Shown piece by piece: positions 40,450-53,856 of a stretch of DNA of 64,000 bases. Made by a program: the position numbers and the translations under genes. The stretch lies in contig NW_026262734.1 of the NCBI RefSeq assembly GCF_021869535.1, positions 52,204,001 to 52,268,000 of the forward strand, written 5' to 3'. The notes under the pieces were generated by a model. The model was not told the origin of the DNA. It made no database searches and worked only from the letters and a program-made list of their open reading frames with translations. The DNA is from Mytilus californianus. Its lineage: Eukaryota. Each line of letters starts with the position of its first letter. The first letter of the stretch is position 1.

Positions 40450-40510
40450 TCTTGCAATCTGATTGGAAGAATTAACCTACACGGTTTTTAACAGAAAAAG
40501 TATAAAACAT
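40450..40510 (+). promoter_or_regulatory. Core promoter of copy D
   Basis: Invariant 17-mer at 40450-40466; TATAAAA at 40501-40507. Confidence 0.6.
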
Positions 40511-40580
40511 TAGACCTGAAATACATGAAAGGCAAAATATAATAATTGAAGTTGTTAGTCATATCAGTGCATGCTTAAAA

Positions 40581-40973
40581 ATGGATCTTTCAGCAGGAAT
40601 TGCGATGATGTTTAAAAACTACGAAAGATTTTCCTGCGAAAAACATTTACAAAAAGATTTAATAGAAATTTTCTATTCAATTGTGAATGCTGACTCCGTA
40701 AAAACGCATCGTCTTCTGGAGAAACAATTGGATATAAATATTAAAACCAATCTCAAAACAACAATCTTAATGTTGATATGCCAATCTTTTCCTACAAATA
40801 AAGAAGATGACGTGTATTCTCTAGCTCTGTATTTGCTTAATAGAGGAGCCAATGTGGATGAAGTTGATGTCTTTGGAAAGACGGCTATACACTATGCAGA
40901 AAGCAATGGATTTTCAAAAACTAGAAAATTACTTTTGTCGTGTGCATTGATTGACCAATTCAACCTCGGTTGA
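40581..40973 (+). CDS. Mini-ankyrin-repeat protein, copy D (130 aa)
   Basis: Intact 393-bp ORF with the same ANK motifs. Ends DQFNLG. Confidence 0.85.
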   Translation: MDLSAGIAMMFKNYERFSCEKHLQKDLIEIFYSIVNADSVKTHRLLEKQLDINIKTNLKTTILMLICQSFPTNKEDDVYSLALYLLNRGANVDEVDVFGKTAIHYAESNGFSKTRKLLLSCALIDQFNLG

Positions 40974-41522
40974 ATCAAGATAAGTACCATCTCATATAAC
41001 AATTTCTACAGATGCCAAAAAACAATGCTGACAGCTATTCATCAGTCGATTTTCTTTTTATTTGCTCGTAGGAACAAGAATGATGATTCAGACACTTGAA
41101 TATTTTTGTCATATAAACAATAGTCATTATTGATTTTCCGAACGAGTGGATCCGCATCTGAAATTACAAGCATTTATACTTAAACCCAAAGTATGTTATT
41201 CAAGTTAATACATAAATAAAACATTTATGCCAATGACTGGTGATTAATATCAAAGCATCGGAACAAGCAGAAATTACATATAAAATAAAAATAAAACACC
41301 TACTTTGCAATATTAAACTATTTTTGGAATGTACATATGTTTAATTATTCCAGAGAGTTGAGATACATTGAAATTATGTACAGATAGTATTTTCAATTTT
41401 ATATCATTTCACTTTTGTTTGTGTAGTTTCAAGCGCATGCGTTCGATTTATTTGTACAGTTCACAGAATATATCATCATCGTTTTCGAATTAAAGATTGT
41501 ATATTGTATAACTTAATATTTG

Positions 41523-41528
41523 AATAAA
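41523..41528 (+). terminator. Putative poly(A) signal of copy D
   Basis: AATAAA after tgtatattgtataac, conserved context. Confidence 0.5.
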
Positions 41529-44500
41529 AGATAATACAGATTCTCGCCTTTTTTGTATTCATAAATTATTCACATGACTATGGTGCGATACAGGATGCTG
41601 AATTTCGACATTTTGAAGTCTGTCAGCAGATCAGTGCTAGTTACCAGAAAATATTGTTGATACTATATTTTCGTCTAGTACATTTTTATATAAATATTAA
41701 CGAATTCTCGTACTTATCTTTTTCATATGGGTAATTAAACAAAATGATTTTCCATTAAGGTATCATCCTTATATTGTTTCTTTCAGTTAGCTAGACATTT
41801 GTAATTTGGTCTTTTACATGTACATGCATGTACTCGATAAATGTGGTTTTCAGGCATTCTTCGTACTTAGCGTTAGAATAATAGGTACATGTTTTTTCTT
41901 TCCTAGTGTACTATATTTGTTGCCAATCACTAGTATGTACTCCTTTTTTTACTGCAGGAAATATTTCATAGCATATTTTCTCTTACACAAATCTTTCATT
42001 CGGTCAACGCCACCCCCTTTTTTCAACCAAACGAACTCGATATATGAAGGTTTAAGACTAAAAGTATTACCTAGAGTAAGTTTTACTTCTCATTTGAATC
42101 TTATGTAACAGTGACATTTTTCAGAAATAGATATTATGTCTTTTTGCTTGAGTTTTCGAATAAGTGTACGAGAAAAATCCAGCAGAATTTTGAAAGTCAC
42201 CGAAAAAATTAAGGTAGAGTCGAAATGAAGCATACATTTTGCCTTTCACGATAGCACCTATAGACACAGTAAAAAGCTGTTATACGTGTTCGTTAATTAG
42301 CAAAAAGCGTTGCACTCTCTCTACTTGAGGCACAAGGTTTGATGACTCCATTTCAGACATGGCTGAGCCAACAAAATTTTATACATCTTCACCAGAAGAC
42401 GTCGCAAAACTTGAGTATCGATTTTACAGCTGGATTATAGAAGTTCATGTATTACTAGATTTCTTTACCCCAGGCAACAATGGAGGTTTTGAATCCTTAA
42501 TAAAATCAAAGAGATTTCATAGAAGTATACATGCTATATTTAAAATAATATGGGTACACAGTTAGCGTTCAATTCATATAATTTGTGTTTAGCATCTGTG
42601 CTGCATACTTTACTGCTCTATTGTCCAAATGTTAAAACGCCGATGTTGCCATTATAGGTGTATCTAACTACAACGTATACATTTACATATTGATGTGATT
42701 TTATGACAGTATGGTAAGCATACAGTTTATTTAAAGATCGGAAACGAATCTGCATGCGCCAACCATGTCAACAAAAATATATTTAAACAATTGGGTTCTT
42801 ATGATAAATCTCAAACATGTATACAATCTCCTACGTATTACATGATTACTAACAATAACTTCTATGAAAGAGAGGCGAAAGATAACAAAGGGATAATCAA
42901 ACTCACATTCAAACTGACAATACAATTTCAAAGACGGAAACACGGCCAAAAGACACACAAAAGTATACTATATAGAAATCTAAAGACAGAGCAACACGAA
43001 TCCCACAAAAACCGAGGATGATCTCAGAATCAACGGAAGGGTAAGCAGAGGACGGGATTGTGGTTACGATAATAAGAACATATCCGTGGTGATCTGTGAA
43101 ACAGAAATTCAATAATGGTCAACTAACTCGTGATGGCGTCTTTGATTTTTTTGGAGATCATAATACTGATCATTTTGTCATTTTTTGTTTTATTTTAGCC
43201 ACTTTAGTTCTGCAAAAAACAGAAAAAGGATATAAATCGTATTTCCAGTGCTAGAATTCCTACACGTCGTCGACTGACAATTTCGGCCTTGTTGATCTAT
43301 TCGAGACTTTGTACAGCCAATACATTTAGATTTGATCTATGTAAACTTAAAGTTTCTTTGAGTAGACGTATTCTTACAGGTTATTAATTTAACAGTATAG
43401 TTTATAACATTACTATGTTTTGCTATGTAATTATGAAAACTAATGGTTCTACATCTTGTAGATAACATGTACTTATATTTTAGAGTTCACAAGATCATGG
43501 CATTCTCAGACTGTTTTTTAAACTTTCTTCACTACATCCGTTGGTTGTGTAATGTTTGATAATTTAGCATGGGGAAACCTTATTTATCTTTTAGCGTTAA
43601 GCACTTGCGAGTACTCATAGATCGGTACTTTGTGTATTTTGTCTTTTTGTTATTTGTTTTGATGTTTTATGGAGATCTGATGCTTCAAACGCATATTTTC
43701 CTACTGATTTTTGTCAGGTTTGCTCATTTGTTGTGCTGTAATACCACTGTTCCAAGTTAGAGAGTTGAATTTTAACTCCGCGTCATTCCTTATGTGCCTG
43801 TCCCAAATCAAGATCTTGTAAATCACTGGTTGCCGTTGGGTGCTGCCGTTCATAATTATTTGTTGTTTATTGTTTTATTATAAATCGAACCGTTTTTGGT
43901 TTTCTTGTTTGAATTGTTTCACATTTGTCTTGACACAGTATGCGATATTGCTTACTTTTCTCATTAATAAAGACCGTGGGGTGACCAAAGTTGCTAACAT
44001 CCACGTCCTCAAGTTGCAATCATCATGATAATATCACATTTCCCTATTCTTATATTCATTGTAGATATTGTTCTGCTGATCGTTTATGTCATTCACAATT
44101 TCTCTCTATCGTTTAGATTTTTTCAGCTAATAACCAAAAAACGCAAAAATTGGTAAAAAATCATCATCAAATACTAATAACTCAGATAAGGAGTCACCTC
44201 ACTTGTTTTGTCAAAAATGAAAGAAGGTGGAAGTTGAACTAAAAGAAATATACAAAAAATCGTTCTTTTTACTTTCTTAGATGATTATGACATCAACTTG
44301 AAAATCTGTTCATCTTGATATCATACTTAATGTTCGGTGTCAAATATTGCCTTTACAGTACCTAATCATTTACGCCAACAACCTTATTTTAAATGTGCGT
44401 CTAAACCTCTGCTATGTATGGTAGTTATTTTCATAGCTGTTGGTCCCTTTATATGCGAGTCGATTCATATAAAGGTAGTATGTATTTGTCCAAGGCCTTT

Positions 44501-47500
44501 ATATATAAAACATTTGAACTAAGATTTGTCATGGGAAGATCAACGAGAATAACAAATGTAAACAGAAGTAATTCTGAAAAGAATTGTTCTGTGATTTCCA
44601 AAAAAACACCAGATATCCTTATCTTGTTCAACTAGCATTTTAAAAGTGTCTTTTGACTTATAAGGCACACATGTGATATATTGACGGGGAAAAGCAATAA
44701 AAGTGCTTTCCTTTTTGTGCATGTACATGATGTATCCTTCGTTATATAAGATAAATGAATCAGATTTAGCTTTGAGAAACACTTCAAGTTCACAGAACTG
44801 AAAAATGTAATGGATAAAACTTTTTAATCAAACTTGTATTTTGAATTTTTCACTCAATCACGCTAAATATCTAACTTGTTGGTCATTTTTAACATTATAC
44901 GTTACTTTGTCTTGTGGTATATCTTCTTAAGTTCTATCCGTTGAGAATTGTCACTTCATCTTTTTTTTTTCTTTACAATTGTATCGATTGCAAGTAATAA
45001 TTGTCTCTTATTTCTCATGCTTGAGTATGTATTGTTCATCTAAAGGAAATAGAGATTATGCAATTAATGATTTCATATCAGCCCCAGAATATATTTTCAT
45101 TATTTATGAAATAGTTCATTGTAAGGATGGTATTTATGAAATTTGCATGTTCAATCAAATAAAAACTTAACTATTTCTTTTATAATTTCTGTTTTACATG
45201 AATCAACATTATCATATATTATTAATAAGATCAAATAAATTCAACACTTGTGCATACTGAAAAACAAGTTAAAAGTATATGTCGTCCATCTAGTTTCTGG
45301 CAACTTCATGCCTTAATCACAGAGGTAATGTAAAGGATATATATTTAGTTGCACAGTAGACATATAATTTTAACAAGAATTTTAACATTGTAGCATGTTT
45401 AAAAAAGAACCTTATGATACCGCTGTTTTGGGGCAAAACGGTTCATAAACCTTACTTTTCACAGAAAAAAAACAAATAAAAAATGCCTCATTTAATTAAC
45501 CTTGTTAATTGATTTAACCTTAACATCAAATTTTAATAACACAAAATCCATATTTTCATGCCCGGACCAAAGAACTGGTAATTTGGCTGGTGAAACCCTC
45601 GTTGACTAACAGTCTACCAGCAGAAGCATCGCCCATATTGCATGTAAGATATGTCTCTTCAGTGATGATTCAGGATAATATATTTTAAAATCCAAAGCTT
45701 ATTAAAGAGCTATAAAACAAAAAGGACTACAGAGTATAGCTGGGGCCGGGCAAGGAATAAGAGCTTTGCAAAATGGAGATTTATTCTTTAATTCAGAATT
45801 ATTTCTAAAATTTTGCAACAGCAAATTTTTATTACACAATTTCCGTATGTTCATGCCAATACCGAAATACTGGCTACTGGGAAGGTATTAGTCTCGATAA
45901 AATTCGAATTATTTTATGACATGCATAAGAGTCGAATTATGGGGGAATGGGTGCGGGCATTGTGCTCGGACTTACCATAAATTCCACTCCCCAGGTTGCC
46001 TTGTTGACGAAACGTTCTAGCCAATCACTTGTCGCATAATTTAGAAAATAACGTCAGATCTAGATTTCGATCATTCATTATAAATCAGTGCCTTTTTTTT
46101 TAAGTGCATAAACCTGTCTGCGTTTTGTAATCAAAGTTTCAAATCAATTTGTTTATTTTTTCAAAAATGTTTTGCTAGATTTTTCAATATTCCATGTTTT
46201 TGATCAGTTATAGGCACACATAAATACAATTGGTGTAATTAAAAAGGGATGCATCCCATGCATATAAATGTTGGTCCGTTAAAAGAAATTGGCAGAATAT
46301 GTTTTCCTGTGAATATCTATTTATATATTTATATAAGACGAAAGCTAGTTTACAAATTCGCATTTTTATCAATGTACAGGTTGACTTAGAGATGCAATTA
46401 CTAATTTGTTTTTGCTGTTTGCTTTATTTCTTGTCTTTTTGGTTAGGGGGAAGGGCTTAACTTTTAGTTCCCGGATGTTTAATAAACTTACTACCAATTC
46501 CGCATCGCATTATTCATGATGTTTGTTCTTTCGTTGGGTTTTATTAAACGGAAATGGGTTCATTTTTTGTCCTTTGTTTTAGTTTCCCTTTTGTCTTATA
46601 ATCTCGGAATACCACACTTTGGGCATCAAACGTGCCTGTAATCAAGAAACAGCTGTTGTGAAAATTGTATAGGTATCACACAGTCATGCTACGTTTCTGG
46701 TTTCTATACAGCTTTTAATTTCAAACACCTTGATAAACTGTATATTTGTCAGATATATTATCTGGTAATTTAATATTAATCACATGCTTCTCGTTCTTTC
46801 TACTGGATCATTTTTTTATTTGGATTGTCAGCTTCAACATGTTCAAGTTGTAGACATGTGCATTAAATTAGAATGCAATTCCCTCATCGTAGGATATATA
46901 TTTCGTCAAGCTTTCTATGTTTTTTTTAGGGAGGCTGACATTGTTAATGTCGAACAGTTCATGACAAAAATCGTTAAGATGACTTTTTTCAAAGAAAACC
47001 AATTTGCTCATTTTTTTCCAAAATGTTTTGCAAATTTGGTAACAGCCAAATATTCTTTAGCGCCGATGAAAGCCATGTTTGAATGAGGATGTCTCTATCT
47101 ACAACAAATATAAAAACAACAACATATATTATGTATTTTATCTTACTAATTTTAAAAAAGGTTCAGTAACTGGGTCTTCTTTATTTATGATGTTCTTGCA
47201 TATATTATATTAGTAACGATGACGACCAAGATATATTACATTGAAATAAGTTCGCTTTATGGTTGGTGAAGGCTATGCTTGAAATTGGCCAAGCAATTAC
47301 AGAAGTTACTTTCCTGAACTTCTAAAACAGATGCCGGATAACAGACGCCAGAAAGTAGGCGTTAAGTCATGATTGCTGACACCCACATTGAACTTTGAAC
47401 CTGGTTGTCTGTTGATTTGTCCTAACATTTTTTATTTAATTCTATTCATTTATCTTCATTTTTTTTAAATCTATTTCAGGGGAAATGATGGAAGGGGATT

Positions 47501-49217
47501 GTCTCTCTGATCATTATAAAACAGATCTCATGATTTAAATTTAAATTTAAAGAGCAGTAAAATTTTATTTCTGACGTTTAGTCAATTGCTACACGCTATT
47601 GCAATTTATTTCAAACTGCCACAAAATTACGTTTTAGGGAATTTCATTAAGAACAAATTAAAAAAGCTCCGGTCTCAAATATGGTCGAGCATTACTTCAG
47701 GACGACTCGTTCATAATATTCCTTTTGCAGACTGTTTTGCATTTTATATATAAAAAATCAGTACTCTTTAGAACTTTACATAGTGTACACGCTATCTATT
47801 GTTGAAGACTATGTGATATTCCCTATATGTATTTCTTTAATATTTTCATTTTTGGATAGCTGTTTTATTGACATAAAATTCACAACTTTTGTTTAAATAC
47901 TCTATATAACTTATGCAATACTTGACATCGTACTCCGGTGGAGCCAAATTCATTCCATAATTTGAAATATGTATAAATGTCTTGTGTTGTAGTTTTTATT
48001 ATGTTTAATTAAATTCTCAAACATTCAAACTGATAAAAAGGTCGCAACCCCCTTTTACTGATCTGAAAATATTTGGCTGCATTCTGTTGTACCTTCTTCT
48101 TTTATAGGCTTCACAAAATTGTTTGTACTTTACGATCCGTTTATGAATAGTGTCCAACGTGATATATATGGCTGTGTTTGTTCGTTGTTAAGGCTATCAT
48201 AGTTCACTGTAAGATACATTTATTTATGTTTTATTTGGTGTCGAATGTACATGATACATAGGTAACGAGTGTTTTTTAAGAGCACGTGTCGTGTGAAACA
48301 AGTTGTAGCACATGTTTAAAGTGTCTGTGTCTTAAATCAATTTCTACCGTTTCAAACATTAGTAACTGTACGTATATTTGAGATAAAAATTGGAAATTGA
48401 AAACCAATCACACGTTTCTCCCTTATGGGTTGTATAATTTTTCTTTAGAGGGCAGTTGATAAATAAATCAAACGTACATGTGCGTTGGATTAGCATGCCA
48501 TATGCCATGCGAGATATATTTTGTGGTACCTCTCCTGCTGGACGTTACAGTAAATATTATATTTATTTCTAAATTGAGAATAATAAAAACATTGTAAAAC
48601 AATCAATTTAAAAAATAAAAGTTAAAAGGAGTTAAAAAAAATAAACAACACACAATCTGAAAACACAGAAAAAAAGACAAGTCACTCAAGCATACCAAAC
48701 TATATTAAACATAACAGAAAACAAAAACAAATAGTTATGCTATTTGGTATTTATTCTTCACAGAATCTTGAACTTACCGTGTAGTACGACATTTTGACCC
48801 ATGTCAAAGCCTGAATTTGACTATGAGATGAATTGGAGCTACAAACACTTTTCATTTCATTTGTGTTTTTTTCTGTATAAAAAAAAGAAGCTGTGCCATT
48901 GAAACAAATATATGTCAGAGAAAAAATAACGTAAATTTAAGCAACCATATGTCACCGTACGACTTTAAGCAATGTACAACCCACACATTATCAATGTAGT
49001 AAGCTATAAAAGACCCCAAAAATACAAAGTGTAAACAATTCAAACTGAAAACTGAATGCCTGATTTATGTAGAAAAACAATGAACGAACAACAAATATGA
49101 AAGACATCAACATGATAGAAAATCTTGAGTTTAGTTCAATTTATGTTGATGAACATATGTTTATATATAAATACAGTTGTTCGACTTGTTAGTCAAATAC
49201 GTTTTGTTAAAATATGC

Positions 49218-52200
49218 TTTTTTTTTTTTTTTTTTAACAACAAATAAATATTCTTTATTCTTCAGAATGCTTGTTACAATTTTACTTCACTGTCCAAGCT
49301 CCAATAAAGTATCCCTGTGAAATACTTTCTGAGCATCCAGGACAATACTCAGAATATAATAAAATATAAAAGTTTTTTTCTATTATATCAATCTTTTTAA
49401 ATTAATGAAAAATACATTTTGAGATACTGTTTTGTTCTCATTCATAACCCTTAGTATTTCTTTTATTAACATATTATACACATCTAAAAATTTAAGTTTT
49501 TGCTCGGAGACATAATATGACTTGTAAATACAAAAACCTAGAACCGTCAAAAGAAAGTTAAAACCATAATACCCCTGGTCTGATATTTTGTATCCAAATA
49601 CTATATGTTTTGCTAATACCTTGTTATGAAAATTCATTTTTGCTAGAAGATAATGTACCTTCTCCCAAAAATCTTTCAAAAATGAACATGTAATAAAAAA
49701 ATGCAAGTAATCTTCTTCTTCTGTTTTACAAAAATTGCATTTAAAATTCTCAGATATTTTCCATCTTAAAAGTAACTGCTTTGTATGAATAATATACTGA
49801 AGTAGTTTCCATCTTAAAATTTTCAACTTGTTTTCTGTTAAAATTTTAAATATAAAATCGTATACAAATGTCATATGTGGTGTGTATTCTAATTTTAAAT
49901 ATCTTGTCCAAATATTAATACCGATTGGCTTTGTATATTTTTTATCAATTAAAGTATTATAGAGTATTTTATTGTTGATATATTTTGCTTCAATTTGTTT
50001 ATTTTGCCAACTTAATTTATCCTTACATATATTGATTATTCTCTTAACGGAGTTTTCTTTTTTTTAAACTTGCAGGTATTCTTTTGGAATGCAAGATTTT
50101 AACATCTTAAACTCTGCAATCCAGTTTGATTTATTCTTTAACTTTTTTAAAATAAAGCTTTCGGATAATTTTCCCTCACTATCCAGTATGTCGTTAATAT
50201 ACACCAATCCACTTTTAACCCAGTTCGGGAAGAACAAACTTTTATTGCGATTTTTAATATATTTATTTCCCCAAATAATCTGTTTTCTGATACCCGAAAA
50301 GTGATCAGAAAATTTTGTTAAACCTCCTCCTGTTTACACCCAACTTGAAATTACTTGTAAATAAAAATCAGGCATGTTTCTAAGTTCATTTAGTGATTTT
50401 ATGTTATCTAAATTCATTTTAAAGACAAGAAATTTTTTACCAAGAGTGTTAAAATATTTAGTAGGAATAATCTTCCAGTTCGGCAGTTCGGTTGTTGTTA
50501 ATTTGGAGACCCATGAAGCTTTCAGTGTTGTAAAATAACTGTTAAAATCAATCATTTTTAATCTCCCTTTTTGGTATTCTCCGATAAGTGTGTTTCTTTT
50601 TACTTTGTCATTTTTTTCCCTCCCAAATATATTTGAAACAGCAGCTTTCAATTTCTTTTAGGTAAATATCTGGAACTTTGCACGAAGTAGCCAAAAATGT
50701 GAATTTTGGTAATATTAAAGATTTTATGATCAATAGTTTCCCAACCATTGTTAATTTTCTTTTTTCCCAAGTTTTAATTAATGATTTCATGTTTTCTTTT
50801 TTAGGTTCCCAATTTAACTTTTCACATTGGTGTTTATCGTGACCAAAATAAATGCCTAAAGCTTTAACGGGTTTGTCTGTCCAGCGTAAGCCTTCAATTT
50901 TATCTATGCTATTTTTAAGCGCCCCAATCCAAATTCCTTCTGTTTTATTACGGTTTAACTTCAGACCTGAGAAAGAACCAAATTTTTCAATTATATTCAT
51001 AGCTTTTGATATATCTGATTTTGAACTACAAAAAAGTGTTGTATCATCAGCCAATTGTGATATTTTGATGCTGTGTGTTTTATTATCTATAGTAATACGA
51101 AAACCTTTAATGTCTGAGGTTTGCCTTAATCGCTCGGCCATAATTTCGACTGATAAAACAAAAAGTAAAGCCGATAAAGGACATCCTTGACGAATTCCTC
51201 TAGAGTTTTCAAAAATTTCGGATACCCATCCATTATTTATCACACACGTCTGTATTCCCTTATATAGTGTTTCCACCCATGATATGAATGATTCATTAAA
51301 ACCAAAATGCTTTAAAACGCTTAACATGAATTCCCATTCCAAAGAATCGAGAGCTTTTGTGAAATCAACAAATATTATAGCCCCATCTATTCCGTTTGAT
51401 TCTGCATAGTCCATTATATCTTGGATTTGCTTTAAATTAAATCCAATAAAACGATTTTTTACATATCCGGTTTGATCTTCATTAATTAGTTTAGGAAGAA
51501 GCTCTTTTAGTCTCTGTGCCAAAACATGAGATAATATTTTCAAATCTACATTTAATAATGATATTGGGCGATAATTGTCCAAAGATAATGGGTCATTTTT
51601 TTTAAATAATAAAGATAGAACACCTGTTCGTTGTGTATATGATAAAAGTTTTTCCTCGTGTCCTTTATTTAAAACTTTTACTAACATTGTTTTAATTTTT
51701 CCCAAAACGTCTTATAAAATTCTAATGTTAAACCATCTAGACCAGGTGATTTATTTAGCTTCATCTTATTAACAGCATTTGTACATTCATCTATAGTAAC
51801 CTCCCCGTCACAAATTTTAAAGTCGTCTCCATTTATCTCCTTTTCCATGACAGTATCGCCTACATATTTATGTAGTAGATTTTTATCCGGATTCGTGGTT
51901 GTATATAATACTTTATAATAGTTTTTTATCATTTCTAGAATTTGTTCCTGATTTGTTGTTACCTCGTTATTTTCAATTCTGAGTTTGTTAATAGATTTCT
52001 TAACTTGTCGCTGTTTTTCTAAACCTAGAAAATAAGAATTATTTTTTTCCCCCAGTTCTATCCATTTTTCCCTTGACCTTATTTGAGCCCCCTTTGCCTT
52101 ATTTTCATAAATTTTGTCCAATTGTAACTCTAATTGTTTAATATTATTTGTTATTGTTTCATCTTCGTTTAATTGTTCATCTCTAAGTGTCGTAAAGTGT

Positions 52201-52716
52201 TCTAATTCTCTTTCTAATTTTCTTGTTGTCTCCCTTGATAATTTCGATTTTCTTTTACAGTAAAGAATAGATTCGTCCCTAATTTCGATTTTAAGATTGT
52301 CCCATAATAGACGGATATCGCTAATATCACTATTGTTTAAACGATTTTCGAACTTATTAATTACTCTGTTGATTGTTTTTTTATATTCAATATCTTTTAA
52401 AATAGAATTATTCAGTTTCCAGTACCCATTTCCTCTTTCAGAAGCTCCTGTCCTAAAGTTTAAAACCATCCCTTGATGGTCTGTCACTTTAATTAGTGCC
52501 GGTTTAATTTTACAATATTCAACGAGAGATTGAAATTCTTTTCCAATTAAAATTAAATCTATCCTACTGGCTTGTGTCTTATCCTTTCTTCTCCATGTAA
52601 ACTGTTGTGTATTTTCATGTAAGAAACGCCAAATATCTATAAAATTATGATTTTTCATAAAGGTTTTTAAACTATTTACAGGCTCAGAAAACTTTGTATT
52701 TTTATTAACGCTTTTC
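49218..52716 (-). mobile_element. 5'-truncated L1/Tx1-clade non-LTR retrotransposon with poly(A) tail
   Basis: EN C-terminal half (IDIWR, FTW, SRID, DH), RT (YRPISLLNVD, RQGCPLS, QLADD) and CCHC CNFC...H...C. Few frameshifts. T18 at 49218-49235 and tttatt at 49254. Confidence 0.92.
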
Positions 52717-52994
52717 GGTCTTTTGGAAAATGTTGTTTGTGCTGTATTTAGACTCCTCTACCAAGAAATTTGTTTTGCATGCACCAGATAAAAATTGCGG
52801 TTTTTATCCAACGCAATCATAGGTTTGAACGTTGTTTTCAATTTAGACTTGTTTATATTTTTCGTTTGGGCTTGTATTATATTTTTCTTCGGGTTTATAT
52901 GATCCGTTCATCCTATTTCGACTCTTCAAAATTCAAGAGTCTATCCTAAATTGAGGTAAATTATACGACCTTCCAATTACTGTTTAGATTCCTA

Positions 52995-53038
52995 GCATCA
53001 CTGAAGAGACATTAATTGTCGAAATCCGGATATGGTGT
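52995..53038 (+). ncRNA. Intact minimal type I hammerhead ribozyme
   Basis: GCATCA-CTGAAGA-GACA(ttaat)TGTC-GAA-ATCCGGAT-A-TGGTGT: 6-bp helix I (2 G-U), 4-bp helix II, perfectly palindromic helix III, AUA cleavage triplet (cut after 53032). Confidence 0.8.
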
Positions 53039-53758
53039 ACTTATTATTGCAACTCATGTTTGTGGTATTCCATCTTTTCCGCAAGTTTATTGTTTTCTGT
53101 CTGGTATTGAATTAATAGTTAAGATCCATTTTGTTACATCTTGTGATACGTTTATTTGGCAATCGCCATGGCAGTCGGCAGGGTTTAAGAACATCAGTTG
53201 TTCGATCTGATAGTCAAATGCGTTGTGTTAAAATATGCTTTTTTCACTTTTTGGTCTTTTGGAAAATGTTGTTTGCGCTCTATTTAGACCCCTCTACCAA
53301 GAAATTTGTTTTGCATGCACACGTATAAAAATTGCGGTTTTTATCCAATGCAATCATAGGTTTGAACGTTGTTTTCAATTTAGACTTGTATATGTCTAAA
53401 TATATATATTCGTACAATATAAAAAAAATAACTATCAAGAGTTTATAAATATTGCATCCAATAGAAAGCAAATGATAGAATTTGTTTCTCTAATTACTTC
53501 TGAAAATTCTGAGTGCAATTTTTCGAATGCATAAAGTGAAAAAACACAGGAGAGGAATTTAAACCACGTGTTTGTATCAAATCTCGCAACCTGATTTAAA
53601 CCGGTTAAAATGCATACAGAATAAGAGAAACTGATAAGTTTAATCATATAAAAAAAACGAGATTAGTCTAGTAAAACTAATACTTAGCAGGATATCGTTT
53701 TCATTTACACTACCATGTGTACGGATGTATTACACGTTTACACGATTAAGATAACAAA

Positions 53759-53830
53759 TCTTGCAATCTGATTGGTAGAATTAACCTTACAGAAAAAGTA
53801 TAAAACGTTAGACTGATATACAAATCAGTT
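53759..53830 (+). promoter_or_regulatory. Core promoter of copy E
   Basis: 17-mer at 53759-53775; TATAAAA from 53799; Inr-like TCAGTT at 53825-53830 with its A 28 nt after the TATA start (canonical spacing). Confidence 0.65.
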
Positions 53831-53856
53831 GTAAGTCATATCAGTGCGTGCTTAAA

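Larger units (their letters stand above)
49174..53389 (+). mobile_element. Retrozyme-like partial-tandem element (536-bp period, ~195-bp terminal direct repeats) split by an L1
   Basis: Repeat A (49174-49217 plus 52717-52852) matches A' (53195-53389). Intact HHR in the core. Inserted in a TA-rich site that is empty in copy F. Confidence 0.7.

Noticed and set aside
49174-53389. Direct repeats as LTRs of an LTR retrotransposon or TRIM
   Set aside because: No TG...CA ends, PBS, PPT or 4-6-bp TSD seen. The internal RT is a separate L1-type insertion with its own poly(A) tail.
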